64,000 nucleotides of DNA from Antedon mediterranea (taxonomy: Eukaryota; Animalia; Echinodermata): the NCBI RefSeq assembly GCF_964355755.1, contig NC_092675.1, positions 14,852,912 through 14,916,911 of the forward strand, in the 5' to 3' direction. Positions 48,625 through 62,345 of this stretch are shown here, piece after piece. Position 1 is the first letter of the stretch. Each line of letters starts with the position of its first letter. A model generated the notes under the pieces. It saw only the letters and a list, made by a program, of their open reading frames with translations, was not told the DNA's origin and searched no databases. The translations under genes and the position numbers were made by a program.

Positions 48625-50248
48625 GTAACTATTTTACTGCTGTTTCTATTTTAAGCAGGTTACAATTGTTTGCATCACAGGACTATAATAGGACTATTAT
48701 CCCTATTATTACTAGCAACAAAATCTGTGTCTTGGATTCTGTTTAATTTTAAGTTGTAAAAAATGGGTGGTGGTCAGTTTGGTATGATATTTATCATTGA
48801 GACCAAGTGAGGAGTGCAGGTGAGGTGAATGGTGGTACATTGCATTCTATGTAAAGGAGAAGTCCCCCTAATGTTAAGCTCTGTCAACACTAGATTGATA
48901 GTGTAGACAAAAAATGTGTGATGTGCCCAAATATGGTAGTCATTTTTGTACATCTTGTCCATACTGGGCTCGCACTGGCCGATCACCATCGGCGAAAACG
49001 TTTCCAGATTGGCGAAAAATAAAACGGCTGCTTTAGCCATTTTGGCGATGATATATTATAAAATAGGTAATCAAATAATCAATTTGATGAAAGCATAAAG
49101 TCCAACTAAACGGTCCATTTAATCGATCTCCAAGCATTTATTTTGTTTGTTATCATGTTATTTACTTCAAGATCTATCTTTCGTCAACTTGTTTCGTTGT
49201 ACCAGGCGTCTCTTTGTTATTTCAATATGATGGAGATAGCAGAGGTAGTCTCCACAGAGAGACAGACATTACACACATGGATGATGAAGTCTATCCAAAC
49301 TATCATGGGTTGTGCGCTGCACAAACAAGGACAGCCGACGGTCGGCTATTTACCGGGATTGTCGCTGCGTAGCGGTGACGGTGAGTGACCGTGAAGTCTT
49401 AGGACACGATTTTCGCGTGGTACAGAAGCCATCAGACAAACTTGACCGGCCAAGCGTAAAAATCAAAAATAACATAGCGTTCAGGGGATTTCAGAAAACT
49501 CTAAAATGTTACTTATTAAATTGATAACTGTATGAATGTTGTGTGATTAAAATAGCCTGGGTGCAGAACAATTATTATACACATTTGCACGAAAAAAGTA
49601 TATGAAAATTTTTTTTGGTTTTTCTAATAGAGTATACCATATGGAATGTCAGAAAAAAAATCCTTATCCCAGGGTCTTGGTGAAAATTTTTTATGGCACT
49701 TTTAAATTTTGGCCTATATAACACACACAAATTCCTATTAACATACACAAATACCTATATATAGGGGATAGGGAAAATCAATTAACAGTTTTTGTTACTT
49801 GCAGTTGTGTTTTAATGATTAAAATTAGTAGAGGCTTACTTTAATAACTACTTCTCATAGTAGTTGATGAATCAAGTCGATACGATGACATCATCATGCC
49901 AGAATCCAATATGGCGTCCAATTTGGCGGGAAAAACAGGGTATTGCTAAACCCCCGCAAACCCCTGGAAACCTAAAAAAAAAACATAGAAAACCTCACCG
50001 AACCGACATAAAAGTGATTGAATCATGGAGTGTACGCCCCACTGGGTATGTCCATGTAAAAAAAAATAAAATTTCTACTGTTAACTACTTATTTTTGGGA
50101 TAAAACTTCTTCAACAAGACCGATTCATTTTGATAAATAAAGAAATTGGACTTTAGCCATTTTGGCTATAGATAAACTGATTTAACTGAAAAAAATATTT
50201 TGACTTGTCGCCAAATGGCTAAACAAAATTAAATGTTAGTACTAATTA

Positions 50249-52249
50249 CAGTTGAACCTCTGTGAGTGGCCACCTCCCGTAAGCGGCCACCTCCCGTAAG
50301 CGGCCACCTCTCGTAAGCGGCCACCTCCCGTAAGCGGCCACCTCCCGTAAGCGGCCACCTCCCTTAACTGCCGCACTTTCAAAATCCTGTTTATTCTTCC
50401 TGTGTAATTAGTGCATTTGGTACCTCCCGTAAGCGGCCACTGCCACTTTATTTACTAAAAATTAGATTTTTTCTAGGGTACCTCCCGTAAAGTGGCCACC
50501 CGAAAAATTTGTATTGACTTTTGACAACAAAAATACAACTTTGAAACTTAATGTGCTTTATATATTATTATTAGCTTTATTTCAAAGTGGTTCGAAAACA
50601 TTTCTGTGAAGGACATTCCTGTGTTTTTTTAATGAGATGAGAAAACTACACAGATACACCATTTTTATATGATAAAAGTTTTTAAAATTTGTTTGAAAAT
50701 TATAAATAATACCGTACTAAATCACCTGATAATAACCAATCTATATATAAATTATGGTTAATTCTGACATAGGCGAGCACAATGCAAAAACTTCGGTACA
50801 AATCTCCGCCTTGGATACCTACCTTATCTATCTCAGATGTACCGCGAAACGTAGATTTGATAACATTAGTGTTCAGTTCGACGCTATTGTTCCATATTTC
50901 TGTCTTAGGAAGATATTATAAAGAGTTTTTTAACAAAATGTATGATTTCAACAGTAGATTTTCAACTCGATTTCAATTCTTTTTCCGGGTTTACGATAAG
51001 TTCACCTTGCAACAACCTGGTTTAAACTATTTTCTCTTTTTTATACACAAGGGAGCAGTTAAAATAATAGATTTGACACTAAAGGTGACTGGAAACTAGG
51101 CACTTTCCATCAACAATACAGTGTCCCTTTGGAAGACGAAAAAAAAATCAGATAGTAGGACTGGAGCTTAAGTTGGCCATTAGTCATAGCCATTTCAGTT
51201 TTTTGTTTATTTTAAAACATACCGTGCGTGTGTGAAGGTACAGTAGTTAAAAAATAGAAATTATACTGCAAATTAATTAAATTAATAAAGATCAAATTAA
51301 ATATACGCCATAAAGAATCGGAATATATTGTGGAGAATTGTATTATAAAATTACAGAGGGAGATTTGATGATAAGACATTTTGTTTAAAATCGAGTGAAA
51401 TTCCGAGATGAGTTTTATTGAGTAAGCTGGCAGGAATAACTGTAGGCTATCTTCCTGTGTCCCGTTAGGACCGAGATGTCTGCCCATCTTGCAAGCCGTA
51501 TTGTCTTCTTTCTTGGGCCCACTCTGTCACGGCAGTTAGTTTCAAAAGATGTTTAAATTAAATAATGTATTAATAATTATTAGGATGGTATTTATTTGAA
51601 TAAACGCCTCTCCAATAAAACATTAGTTTGAATAATAATCCCCACCACCCCCAACCCAACTATCTAATAAACGTCCATCCACATTTTATAATAACACAAT
51701 TATACTATTTGTAGTAGAATTCATCGCACTGTTATCTACAATTTACCAAGCATTTGTTATTCTTTTTTACCACTTTTTATATCTATTAGAGGATTTCCTT
51801 TGATTTTATAAATGTTACCATATTATTAAAACTAAAAAATTTAACATATCCCTCGATTAAGCACCTCCCTCAAATGAACTCCGCCTCCCCAAAGGGCCCT
51901 ACCAAACAATGAAAACTATACTTTAAAATGTTAATAATCATCTAAACACTGTGAAACAAAGTAGTTTAGTTTTACGAATGTCAAGCATTTTCAATAATGG
52001 TAACCGACAGAAAACGTAAAAGGAGAACATTATCATTCCAAGAACCATCGTCTACACTTCCTAGAGGGGGAGCGAGCGAAGCGAGCTCACCCTTTAGTAA
52101 AATACAATTAGGTGAAGAATTTAGAGGCCCGTTGCACTAAGGACGAAACATGCACAATATTAAATATTGTGCAGGTTTCAGCAGAACCTCTTAAAGTGGC
52201 CACCTCCTGTAAGCGACCCAAGGGTGGCCGCTTATTGGAGGTTTAACTG
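50249..52249. mobile_element. pogo/Tigger-like (Tc1/mariner) non-autonomous element in an AGL intron
   Basis: TA|cagttgaacctc ... gaggtttaactg|TA; subterminal 17-bp repeats gcggccacctcccgtaa (50268-50362). Confidence 0.8.
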
Positions 52250-52309
52250 TATAATGTTTCAGTTTTGATAATATTTAAGACCTTTAAAATGATTTTGTTT
52301 TTCTTTCAG

Positions 52310-52856
52310 ACTGAAAGAGATTGGGTCGGGTTATTTTGTTGTTGAACCAACATTGTATTTGAAATCTGACTCCCTGTTGTTATTGGATTGTATCACTATA
52401 CAAACTGTTCTTTCAAAATGTCTTGGCCCATTTTCAGAATGGGAGAGTCGTCTTTCTGTCACCAAGAACTCTTTGTACAATATGCTTCATTTTACACCAA
52501 TGCAAGAACTTGGTGGGTCAAATTCCTCTTATTCAATTGCCAATCAGAATAAATTGAGTTCAAGAATAACAGCCGGTAGTGATAAAACCTTTGATGATGT
52601 AAGTGAACTTGTAGAGAAGATGCGACAAGAATGGGGAATGCTGAGTGTAACGGATGTAGTGTGGAATCACACATCCTTTGACAGTGAGTGGTTAAAGAAG
52701 CACCCTGAATGCGGATACAACCCAATCAATTCTCCTCACCTTCGGCCATCTTTTATTCTTGATCGACATCTTAACCAATTCAGTCGTGATGTGATGAAAG
52801 GCAGATGGGAAAGTAAAGGACTTCCACCAGTTATCAATGCAGATAGTCATGTTCAA
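52310..52856 (+). CDS. AGL: Glycogen debranching enzyme, coding exon 3 (start of glucanotransferase domain)
   Basis: GSGYFVVEPTL...LDCITIQTVLSKCLGPFSEWESRL...YNMLHFTPMQELGGSNSSYSIANQ...DVVWNHTSFDSEWLKKHPECGYNPINSPHLRP; acceptor tttcag at 52309, donor gtaagg at 52857; exons 1-3 sum to 846 nt in one open frame. Confidence 0.96.
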
Positions 52857-53140
52857 GTAAGGTATTTTTCCTGATTTTTTGGCCTACTGTATGATGTTTA
52901 CTTGCCAAAATTCTTTCAATTTTCCAATTGACTACAGTATGCCCTCAATCGGCCTGAATTATTATCAGAGTATATAGTCAATTATTATCTGTAATTATTT
53001 ATTATGTTCGTTATCTCAGATTAATGATCCATTGCAGTTCGCGTATCAGCCACTTAAATGTGCTGATGATGCTGTTTTAAGTTTAGTCAATGTAGTTCAA
53101 CATCACATTGCATTTAACACTATGCAACCATCTATCCTAA

Positions 53141-54867
53141 TTTACCTCCGCCAAGGAGGTATATGTAATCGATCGCGTGTGTTTGTCTGTCTGTTTGTTA
53201 CTTGGCCAAATTGAAAATTGGCCAAGTATGTTGATCTGTTTGGTTTGTGTGTGTGTTTGTTTGTTTGTCACTCTAGCGCTCACAGTTTTGATTCGAATGA
53301 CTACCATACATGTCACCTGGTGCAAGGACGACACTGCCCAATTTTGGTTAAAATCTGGACCGCGGTCCCAATTCTGGACCACTTTAAAAAATTATTTTCA
53401 GACCTGCTAGCAGGGGTCCCAAGTCTACCGCTACTTGCGGTAGTCTACCGCTTTTAGTACCCATCTACCGCGCTACCGCAATCTCGACGTTTTCTACCGC
53501 ATTTTGATTTTTTTTACCGCATTTTCAAATTTCCCTATATTTTTGGCCAAATTGATTTACGGTTACACCCAGGCTCAGCCCAGGTCAACAATAGTCAATA
53601 ACCAGACAAAAGTGAGGCAGGATGTTGAAACAATGTCTATTCATGTAGTCTCCATGGTCTATTATTGTATTTTTATTTGTATGCACTGCCTTTGTTAAAC
53701 CGTAACAATAATATAAACATGCACGGTAGGCCTCTAGCCTAGGCCTACTCCTCGATCGATCGATGTCGCTGGTGGGGAATTTCCCAGCGATAAGAAATCG
53801 GCGAAATAGCTCGGCCTACATTTTAATGTTATATCTTTAATGCCAGTGTAATTACGTATGGATAAAACAATATAAAACTCAATGTTTTTCATCTGAAATA
53901 ATATGTTAACAAAATGTAGCAAAAGACGGATTCGAAATAGTTATTTCGATTTTTTTGGGGTTTTAAAATGGTAGCTAGCTAGAGCCTAGAAGTAGAAGCC
54001 CTAGGCTAGGCCTAGGCCTGTGCCTAAAAAAAATGAGTAAATTCTATTGGGCAATACTATCATGTGTAAATATTGTACATTATGTAATTAAGTTAAATTA
54101 TTTTATAATATACTGAATTTTAGTTAAAATACAGTATATATTTTTTAATTATTTTTTTGTACTGAGGATGGGTCCATAAAAAAAATAAGAATGTAAAAAT
54201 ACTGATGGATAAACCTATGTAAAAATTTATGTGTAAATATTGTATATACTGTATAATGTAACATATTTAGTTAATTAAGAGACGTAAACGACACGCGTGT
54301 TGATTTTTGATTCCCCGCGCGTTGACTTTCGACGCCCCCACGAATTGAATGTGGTTCACGACAAAATCTCCTGCGAATGGACTTTCCCAAGTTGGGACCT
54401 CTGTGCTAGTGTTAGTTAAACAGAATTATCAAAAGCCGGTGAGCAGTCTTAAATTAACAAGTAAACTAAAATTGCATTTTCTCGAGAACTACTTCTCCAA
54501 AAAACTTCATTTTTGTACAAGAGGCAAGAGTTGTAATTTGTGATTTGTAATTTTAAAACATAAGTTGATTTAATATACACGTTTTTTTATGCGAATAGTT
54601 TAAAAAACCTATTTCTTTTCAAATTCACTCGTTTGATTTTCGCGTTGCTGTTCTATTTTTAGTCGACTGAAGCTATTGTTAATTGAAAGGCTTGTTACAT
54701 AACCATTACACCAAACTCGCATACACATGCTTGTAGTGAAATTAGCCTAAATCACAAACAGCATTAAGACACACACAAATATATATATTTCTTTTTTACC
54801 GGAGAAATCTTTATGTAGGAGAATTTTACAGTAGGCGGAGGTATGCACTCTCGGAGTGTCTTTCTAG
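53141..54867 (+). mobile_element. DINE-1/HINE-like element (family E) with a nested hAT-like MITE
   Basis: 5' tttacctccgccaaggaggt hairpin, GTYT microsatellite; 3' ggcggaggta (inverted copy) + cactctcggagtg hairpin + CTAG; removing it restores the host LINE frame without a TSD. Confidence 0.85.
53411..54403. mobile_element. hAT-like MITE
   Basis: TIR caggggtcccaa / ttgggacctctg; tgctag on both flanks (6 of an expected 8-bp TSD); subterminal ctaccgc repeats. Confidence 0.7.
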
Positions 54868-55929
54868 TTGAGAAACTGTATTCAGGGATGAGAATTATCA
54901 GCGGATCTGCGGATTTCCGCGTTTTTTAAGTATTATTTTGAGAATGAATTGGATTTATAATTGTCCACCATAAAATAAATTAAATGTGTTCTTTTCACGA
55001 GTTCGTGATACAGATGTAATAAACTATGTCAAAGAATTATCAACATTAAAATGATTAATCCTTTTCTGTGCGTATTTTCTAAAAACTGTCAAAAAACAAT
55101 TAAGATCTGTTTCCCGAATACCTATTTGCTTAAATACTCAGATGACACAGTAAGTGTAGGATTGATGCCCGGTGATAACGAAACTCACTATCTAGAATCT
55201 GTCGATAGTTTTGTTAAAGTGTTGTGATACCAATATACTTGTTGTGAATAGTAAGAAAACAAAAGAATTTATTGTATCTAGTTTGACTATTGATAACAAG
55301 CTTCTGGGGAGAACACTGTAAAGGGCTTGTTGCTAAAGATCTTACACGACTGTATTTTCTTAGAAGGCTTAATCATTTCCATGTTGATCCAACGGTCATG
55401 AAGCTTTTTTATTCTTCTGTTGTTGAAAATGGGATCCTTTTTTGTTCTATTGTATGGTCTGTAGTTTAATAAAAATCGGATGTTGGTAACCTTCAAGCAA
55501 TTATTAATAAGGCCTGTCATTTTATTAAGGAAAGTATCTCAATTGATGTAACATGTACCACAAAAATCCTAGATAAGATAAAAGGCATACTAAATAAATG
55601 ATAAACATTCATTACACCAAGATGTATGGTTAAGGTCAGGAAAGTGACTATAGCACACTATGTAGAACTAACAGATATCTTAATTCATTTATACCTTTTT
55701 CCATCCGTGCTTTCAATGACAAATACTGTTGAATTTTTAATCATCTTGTAGTTTATTTTGTGTAGTGTATCTTTTTTACAAAATTGTTTATATTTATTTA
55801 ACTTTATATTTTGTATGTTATTGTTAATATTATGCGATTGATTGTGCCTGTCATGAATTTCCGCAAGGACCAATTAAATCTGAATCTGATCAATGTAAAA
55901 TCTGTTTATAGAGGTTCAAGGTGATTCTT

Positions 55930-57995
55930 AACTTTAACCCATCCCACTCTTTTTGGATTCATGTAAAATATATGCGAGCACTGTGATAACGAGCTGCCGC
56001 TGCAGTTGGAGGAAGCGTATACATGTACCACAGACATCCTAGTTTGGGCCTTTTCCCGGAACGCTTTTAATGCAATGCATCCAGACCCTCATCAGCAAAA
56101 TCTCCATATAAGTAGGTCAAAGACTTTTCACCAGCAGAAGTTATCTTATTCTTTTAGTTGCTTTCTTTCAAGAAGATGGAAGCCTGCTTTTTTAATTCAG
56201 GGTTGGTTTTTAGCTTTTTTAAGGCGGTTCGTTTTCCAATCCCAAACAACCTCCCAAGCAACCCATTGCACAAATGGTAATAGATTACATATGTCTGGAC
56301 TCGGTGCTTTCTGAAGCCACTTTATATTCCATGTTCTTAACTTCTTTGAGGTCTACTTACCCTCTGATCTGAAGAAGTGGTCAGATGAATCTTGATCAGG
56401 CTGACTTTTACAGAAACCCTGTGAGTGAGCCATGGTGACTACATGTTCTTTTTTCTTAAACGTATAGTCCATTACAAGACATTCTTTCCTTCCATAGATC
56501 CACAAGGTATTTCTGTAAATTCCTGCATAGCAGCATTGTCTATTTCAGAACATGCATTGTGTTCTATGCGACTCAGCCCCTTGTCAATCCACCAGTGGTC
56601 TTTATACTTCTCATTAGCGATTGATTAATCTCTGCCCATTAGCTATCACTTCTTCAGACAACACGGTGCCCGGTACTAAAAAAAATCAAATACTTCCGGC
56701 CGTTTTGTCTCCAGCTGAATCATCTGTTGAAGGTAGGTACACTTATTCTGCATATAAGTAACCCTGCTGCAGCAAAATAGGGAAGCATTTCTTGAAGTGT
56801 CTTTAGATGGAGGCACCAATTTCCTGTTCTTTCTGGCTTAATAAACTGACGTAGCAGATCAACCATATTCATATATTGGAGCCATAAATGAGCAGTTGGC
56901 TGGCTGAGACTGTATCTGTAGAGACTTCACCAAATATAAACTAATAATAGTCATATAATTTGATGATGGGCTGAAGATCACTTGGAATATTTAGTTCCAT
57001 ATCCATCGGCAGTAGAATATCAGATGGCTGGATTCTGTCATCACTTAGTTCTGTCTCTGTGGCATCATCAGTTCGGTGGATTTTATTTGGTTTTATGAGG
57101 TTACATTACGACTTTGGGTCGCTTGAATAATGCTCTGTCCTATTGATGCAATCTTCAAGTCTGCTTTCTTTTCACTGCATAAAATCATCAGAAATATACG
57201 TAAAGAATTTGGAAATAAAATCCATGTTTTTATCTATAGATGCTATATCTTCAGGAGTATTGTACATTATATTGTTGTTTTTTGTATTCATACAATACAT
57301 GTGATGTCATTCTTAATAAGGTCTGCGACTGCCTTAATATTCCTTATTTCTTCAGATAATAGTATTTATTAATTTAGGAGCATTATAGCAGCAGCTGTGG
57401 TTTTGAATGTCACTACATTAGTCTTTCCATTAATGCTGGTAATAACAATAGAGTTCATCATCACTTCATATGCTTAACCGAGAAGTTTTCTTTCATTTTC
57501 AGTGCAAGATCATTGATTGTAATCTGTTCGTCACCATTTTCTATTTTCGGCTACCTTTAGTCTAGGTGGGACATATATTGACCTTTGACCCTTTCTTAAT
57601 TTGGCACTTAAGAATTACGTTTTCTCAGTTGTGTAAACGTACTTATTGTATTGTCAAAGGTTTCATCGATGTACTTGACCATGCTAATTAAAATGCTAAT
57701 TAGCGCTAATTAGTGACTTTCTTAAGTGGACTAGGTACAGGAGTTGACACTTTAAGAATGATGGATCTTCAATTAAACCCTAAAAATAAACATTTTGGCA
57801 TTGGTTTCATTTATGTACTCGATTATGCTAATTAAATCAAATTTTGGGGTATTTTGAGCGCCCCTCCCTAGAGTTAGTACAGGGGCAGGAACTTAAGAAC
57901 GGCTGTTTGATGGTCCCTGAACACTTGACATATTTTATGCCTCAGACCTTTTGTACTCGCAATGCTAAACAAATCTTCATGGACTGCCGGATTTA
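55930..57995 (-). mobile_element. Decayed DNA transposon with transposase remnants (Academ-like, tentative)
   Basis: Minus-strand pieces HLWLQYMNMVDLLRQFIKPERTGNWCLHLKTLQEMLPYFAAAG (about 56900-56760), LMRSIKTTGGLTRG (about 56617-56575), LPPTAAAARYHSARIY (about 56015-55965), with stops and frameshifts; a terminal 42-mer at 57953-57995 recurs at 48333-48373. Confidence 0.65.
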
Positions 57996-57999
57996 ATAT

Positions 58000-58175
58000 G
58001 CACTTAACTTATCCAGTATGTATGATCGACTGTATCGAATGTTTTCTTTAGGTCTAAAAATATTCCAACAACTATGTTTTCTTTATCTAATTTCTCAGAC
58101 AGATTTTGTGCTAACTGAATAATAGCAAGTTTTGTGCTGTTGCCTTCTCTAAATCCATACTGTTGATGATATAAT
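58000..58175 (-). mobile_element. LINE RT fragment
   Basis: QYGFREGNSTKLAIIQL...VGIFLDLKKTFDTVDH is an RT subdomain 2-3 motif. Confidence 0.8.
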
Positions 58176-59578
58176 CTATATATAAATTTACGTAAGGGCA
58201 AAATTAGGTAAATCGCGCGTTATTTCTAGAATGTTTACTCGATGGTATATAAAGTTGGTTCGAAAACGAATTTAGGTTCAACGATTTGCCCCAAATAGGG
58301 GTGTTTTTCGATCGTGGTATACACTGTCTAATGGATGTCCGTCTTGAAAAATACCCGCAGACGATAATACGAGGATGCTTCGCATTTTCCTATCTCCTCC
58401 TACGATAATTGTTTTTAATGGCTGAAAACCGGTTGAACAGCTCGAGTACAGCATCATAATGTTGAAGACAGGCCGATTTTCTTAAAAAAATACTATTTTG
58501 ATAGATTTAATATACGTTTATACAAATGTATTGATTTGCAATGAATGGAACATTCCAATCTCTGTTCCACAAGTGTCTATTCCCTCAGGCGTCGTAAAGG
58601 CAAGTACTGTATACTCATAACAGAAATTCGATCCATTTTTTTTTTCAATCTGTGCTGCAGAGGTTGGATATACATTTTTTCGCACCGCGGCTCTAGCCAG
58701 CTATGTCCCAGGAGGACACATTCATTAATAAGCTGTTTCATAGCGGTAGCTTTAGTATCTAAGGCTGACAGTTTTGTGAATTTGGAAACTCCACTATAAT
58801 TTATAGGTAGCTGCTGGACCCAAAAAACGTCTGGGAGAAGAGAGTCTATATGAAAGCCTTTGCTGATAATACAGTATTATTGAGATGTAGACGGAAATCT
58901 GTAAAATCTTGTTCAATAAATAATGACTTTGTTTTTGCTGTCAACCAGGCCGGTATTATAATAAGTCACTGTCAAACAATCATTCGATAATGGTCTAAAC
59001 TTTATTTTGGCTCTGTCAACATAAAGGGGGGTATTTACAATGACTTTCTTTTGACTGTCAATCTAGGCCAATGTTATAATAATACGCCGTCAGATATTAA
59101 ATCATTGAAACAGTCCTGGTAAATTTTTTTTTGGTTATCAGATGCCGTGGGGGGGGGGGGGGCCAATCAATTATCGTCAGAAGGTGATCAATCAGTCTAG
59201 GTAGCAGCAGCAGATTATTAGTATAGGAACGCCTGCTACATTAATTAACCCAGAAAAAGGTTTGTACATTATCTATTTGTTTATTAGCCTTCTCCTAACA
59301 CAATTATATTTTCTTTAAAAAAAGGTTTTATAAGTGGTTTCAACATTTATGATAGTAATGTCACAGTTCTGTGTCTGGACGCAAGTTCATAGACCTACTA
59401 GTTATATTATTCATATTAACTGATACTTACTCTTCATTTACCGTAAAGTTCAGTTTTAATGAAATATATAATATAAATTGGCTTCGTAACAATTAATTAG
59501 TGTTGAAAAGGTTAGTTTTTTGGTGATAGGTGAAAATGACATGTAACTTCGTAATAAATTTATTTTTTTTTGTATAAA

Positions 59579-59936
59579 GGCCCAATTACACTATGACGAT
59601 AACGACGGACGATAAATATATAGCATGCATTTTTTTTACATAAACCAAAAGAAATTAGAAAGGTTTTCGTTCTAGACCTATAGGATAATCATTTATGCTG
59701 TCTTTGATAAAATAATGTTTTTCAAATTCCAATCAAATGACGTCATGATAAATAAAAACAATAAAATCGCTGTATTGTCACGATATTATTGGTCTTACTA
59801 ATCATGACGTCATTTGATTGGACGTGTGAAAATATAATTTTCATCAAAGGAATTGTTTATATTTCTTTTGGTTTATGTATTAAAAATGCACATTTGTCTA
59901 TTTATCGTCGATCGTTATCGTCCTAGTGTATGGGCC
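59579..59936. mobile_element. PIF/Harbinger-like MITE, almost wholly palindromic
   Basis: ggcccaattacacta.gacgataacga... / ...tcgttatcgtcctagtgtatgggcc|tta; internal arms also pair (cataaaccaaaagaaat / atttcttttggtttatg; ccaatcaaatgacgtcatga / tcatgacgtcatttgattgg). Confidence 0.75.
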
Positions 59937-60172
59937 TTATGCTGTAAATGTTCAATTAATTGATCATTCCGATTTTATTAGTTGGACTCTTGCACAATTG
60001 CTGTCTAATTGTTGTTGTGTAATATCATTTCGAACCATATTAAAATCATAAAGAGATTCATATTCCTTAACATGTGGCTGTGCATGGAAGTCCGGTCTAC
60101 AAAAACTCGGGCCCGGTATCATTGTTATTGGGCCTGAAAGTGTTGGTGAATTCATAATTATACTTAATATTA

Positions 60173-60208
<36 letters not shown>

Positions 60209-60259
60209 TATTATTATACAATTGAAAGCAAAACCTGTTGAATCTCAAATCATTAGGAC

Positions 60260-61300
60260 TAGAAATTTGGCTTATCAATCAAATAAATACTTTCGTTCAA
60301 AATGAAACTCCAACCTCTCTAATCAAAAGATTGAACTCGAAAACGGACCGTTTTTTTTAATTGGGTATGTTGAAATATTTCAATATTCATTTAAAAAGTA
60401 CATTAATTGTGGTATTGATCAGTGGCTATAGAGGCGTAAAAACCCTCGGTCAATATCATGTAAAATGCACTGTGGAAGGGTCATTATTAAGACTGCAAAA
60501 TTGGGCTTATCAACAAATAAACACTTTCGTTCAAAATGTAAAATCAAGGCTGAAAAATTGGGCTTATCAACAACAAAATATTTTATTATTAGACGCGATA
60601 ACATCAAGGATAATCAGTATAATAATTATTAATATAGCCACTGTTACTAGTTTTATTCTACATGCTAAAGTAAATAAAAATCCACTAGAAAACAAACAAG
60701 TCTGAATGTTTTATGCTTATTAGCCAAGTTATGTTGGTTACTGTAGGCCTATGATTGTTTGCAATGTCCACATATTATTTCCGTGGGCATATCCATAGTG
60801 TATCACTCACAAAAAAGACGTGTGAGGTTCTTTCTTTAGATTTTGAAGAATGATTTGTGTTACAGGTTGACACATGAGTCAAATGCTCAAGATATCGGCT
60901 AACGCCATGGGACCCTTGGCTTATCAATGAATAATAAATACAGTACTACTTTCGTTCAATTGAAATCGGAATCTGACCGTTTCATTAAATAGGGTGTGAT
61001 TAGGCCTAAACATATAATAATTTATTAAAAAGGTACAATAAAAACAAATGCATCAGAGGCGTAAAGAACCCACGGTCAATATCATGTAAATTTTATATTG
61101 TACAAGCACTGTGGAAGGGGTCATTATTATTAAACTGGAAATTCGGCTTATCAACAAATAAATACTTTCGTTTAAAATGTAAAATAAGAATGCACAATTG
61201 GGCTTATCAACAAATAAAATACTTTTTTTTCAAAATGTAAAATTAAGATTGGAAAATTGGGCTTATAAACAAATAAATACTTTTTTTCAAAATGTAAGAA
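60260..61300. repeat. Degenerate roughly 57-bp repeat (aattgggcttatcaacaaataaatactttcgttcaaaatgtaaa) within a larger duplicated unit
   Basis: About seven copies; 60268-60575 resembles 60917-61300. Confidence 0.7.
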
Positions 61301-62345
61301 AACATTTTTTAAATATAATCCTTAAGCTCTGGCTATACTATGATGATAAATATGATGTGCCCATATTATATAGACATGACGATGTCCACTATGATATTCG
61401 GGCATATCACTACCATATTTGGGCACATCACACTTTTTTTGTTAAACTAGTTGGGACAGTGTAGACACAGAACTATGTGATCGAAACATAAGTCGAAATT
61501 GGACTGACGCGATTGATTTAATTGGGTATTTTTATTAATGTAATGATTCATTAAAAACTATAATACCGATAAGCGTTTGGTATTGATCAATGGTGCAAAA
61601 AACCCTGAGAAATAATGGTATAACGCGATTTGGTGATAGGTTAGCAATAATACAACCCATATACTATTATTATAAATACCTATTACAAATCCATTCATAT
61701 AACTTTTCATCGCGAACCGAAAATGTATAAATGTTATTCTACAGACAGTAATTATATATTCAAAAGCCATATTATTATTATTATAAATACCTAAATGCGA
61801 TAGTAATAACCACATAAACATAAATTATTCCCAATACAAGTTTGTGCGTTTAATTCTAGAAAGAAACGACTGTGCTGACAGGCCATAATGACATAAATCA
61901 CAAGTAAAGTCCCAATTGTTCACTTGCGTTTTGATTGGCCGACCTATTATATTAAATTAATGAAGACTGTTCTTACAACTGTCCAGTCAAAAAGTTACGC
62001 GGCGTTTTTTGTAAGAAATATTTCTTGTTTAAACGGATAATGAGCTAGCGTTTTCACTCGCCGTATATTATGTACAAATCGTTATTATTGCAGTTAATTC
62101 ACCCTTCCCTCACTGGCATGAGTAGCGTTGTAAAACCAGTAGAGGATAGGCCTACGGTACATCACATGCCCTAAACGCAGAACAACTTTGGTGGGTAGGG
62201 TAGGAACCAACCAACCAAAGAAACAATTGAAAACCATTAGGCCTACTAATTAAGTTGAGTTAGATAGTTTAATATTTATTGACGATTAAATCGAATTTAT
62301 GATTTTCCCCGAATAGAGGTGGTTTTCACAAATTGTTTTACATTA

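Larger units (their letters stand above)
53020..55890 (+). mobile_element. Decayed Rex1/Babar-like LINE fragments interrupted by a HINE and MITEs
   Basis: DPLQFAYQP...DDAV...AFNTMQPSIL (53025-53140) continues as IEKL at 54868; later DDTVSVGL (55141 onward); (tctgaa)n tail near 55878-55890. Confidence 0.65.

Noticed and set aside
48960-50225. Possible additional MITEs in the AGL intron
   Set aside because: Looks repeat-like, but I could not define matching TIRs or a TSD with confidence.
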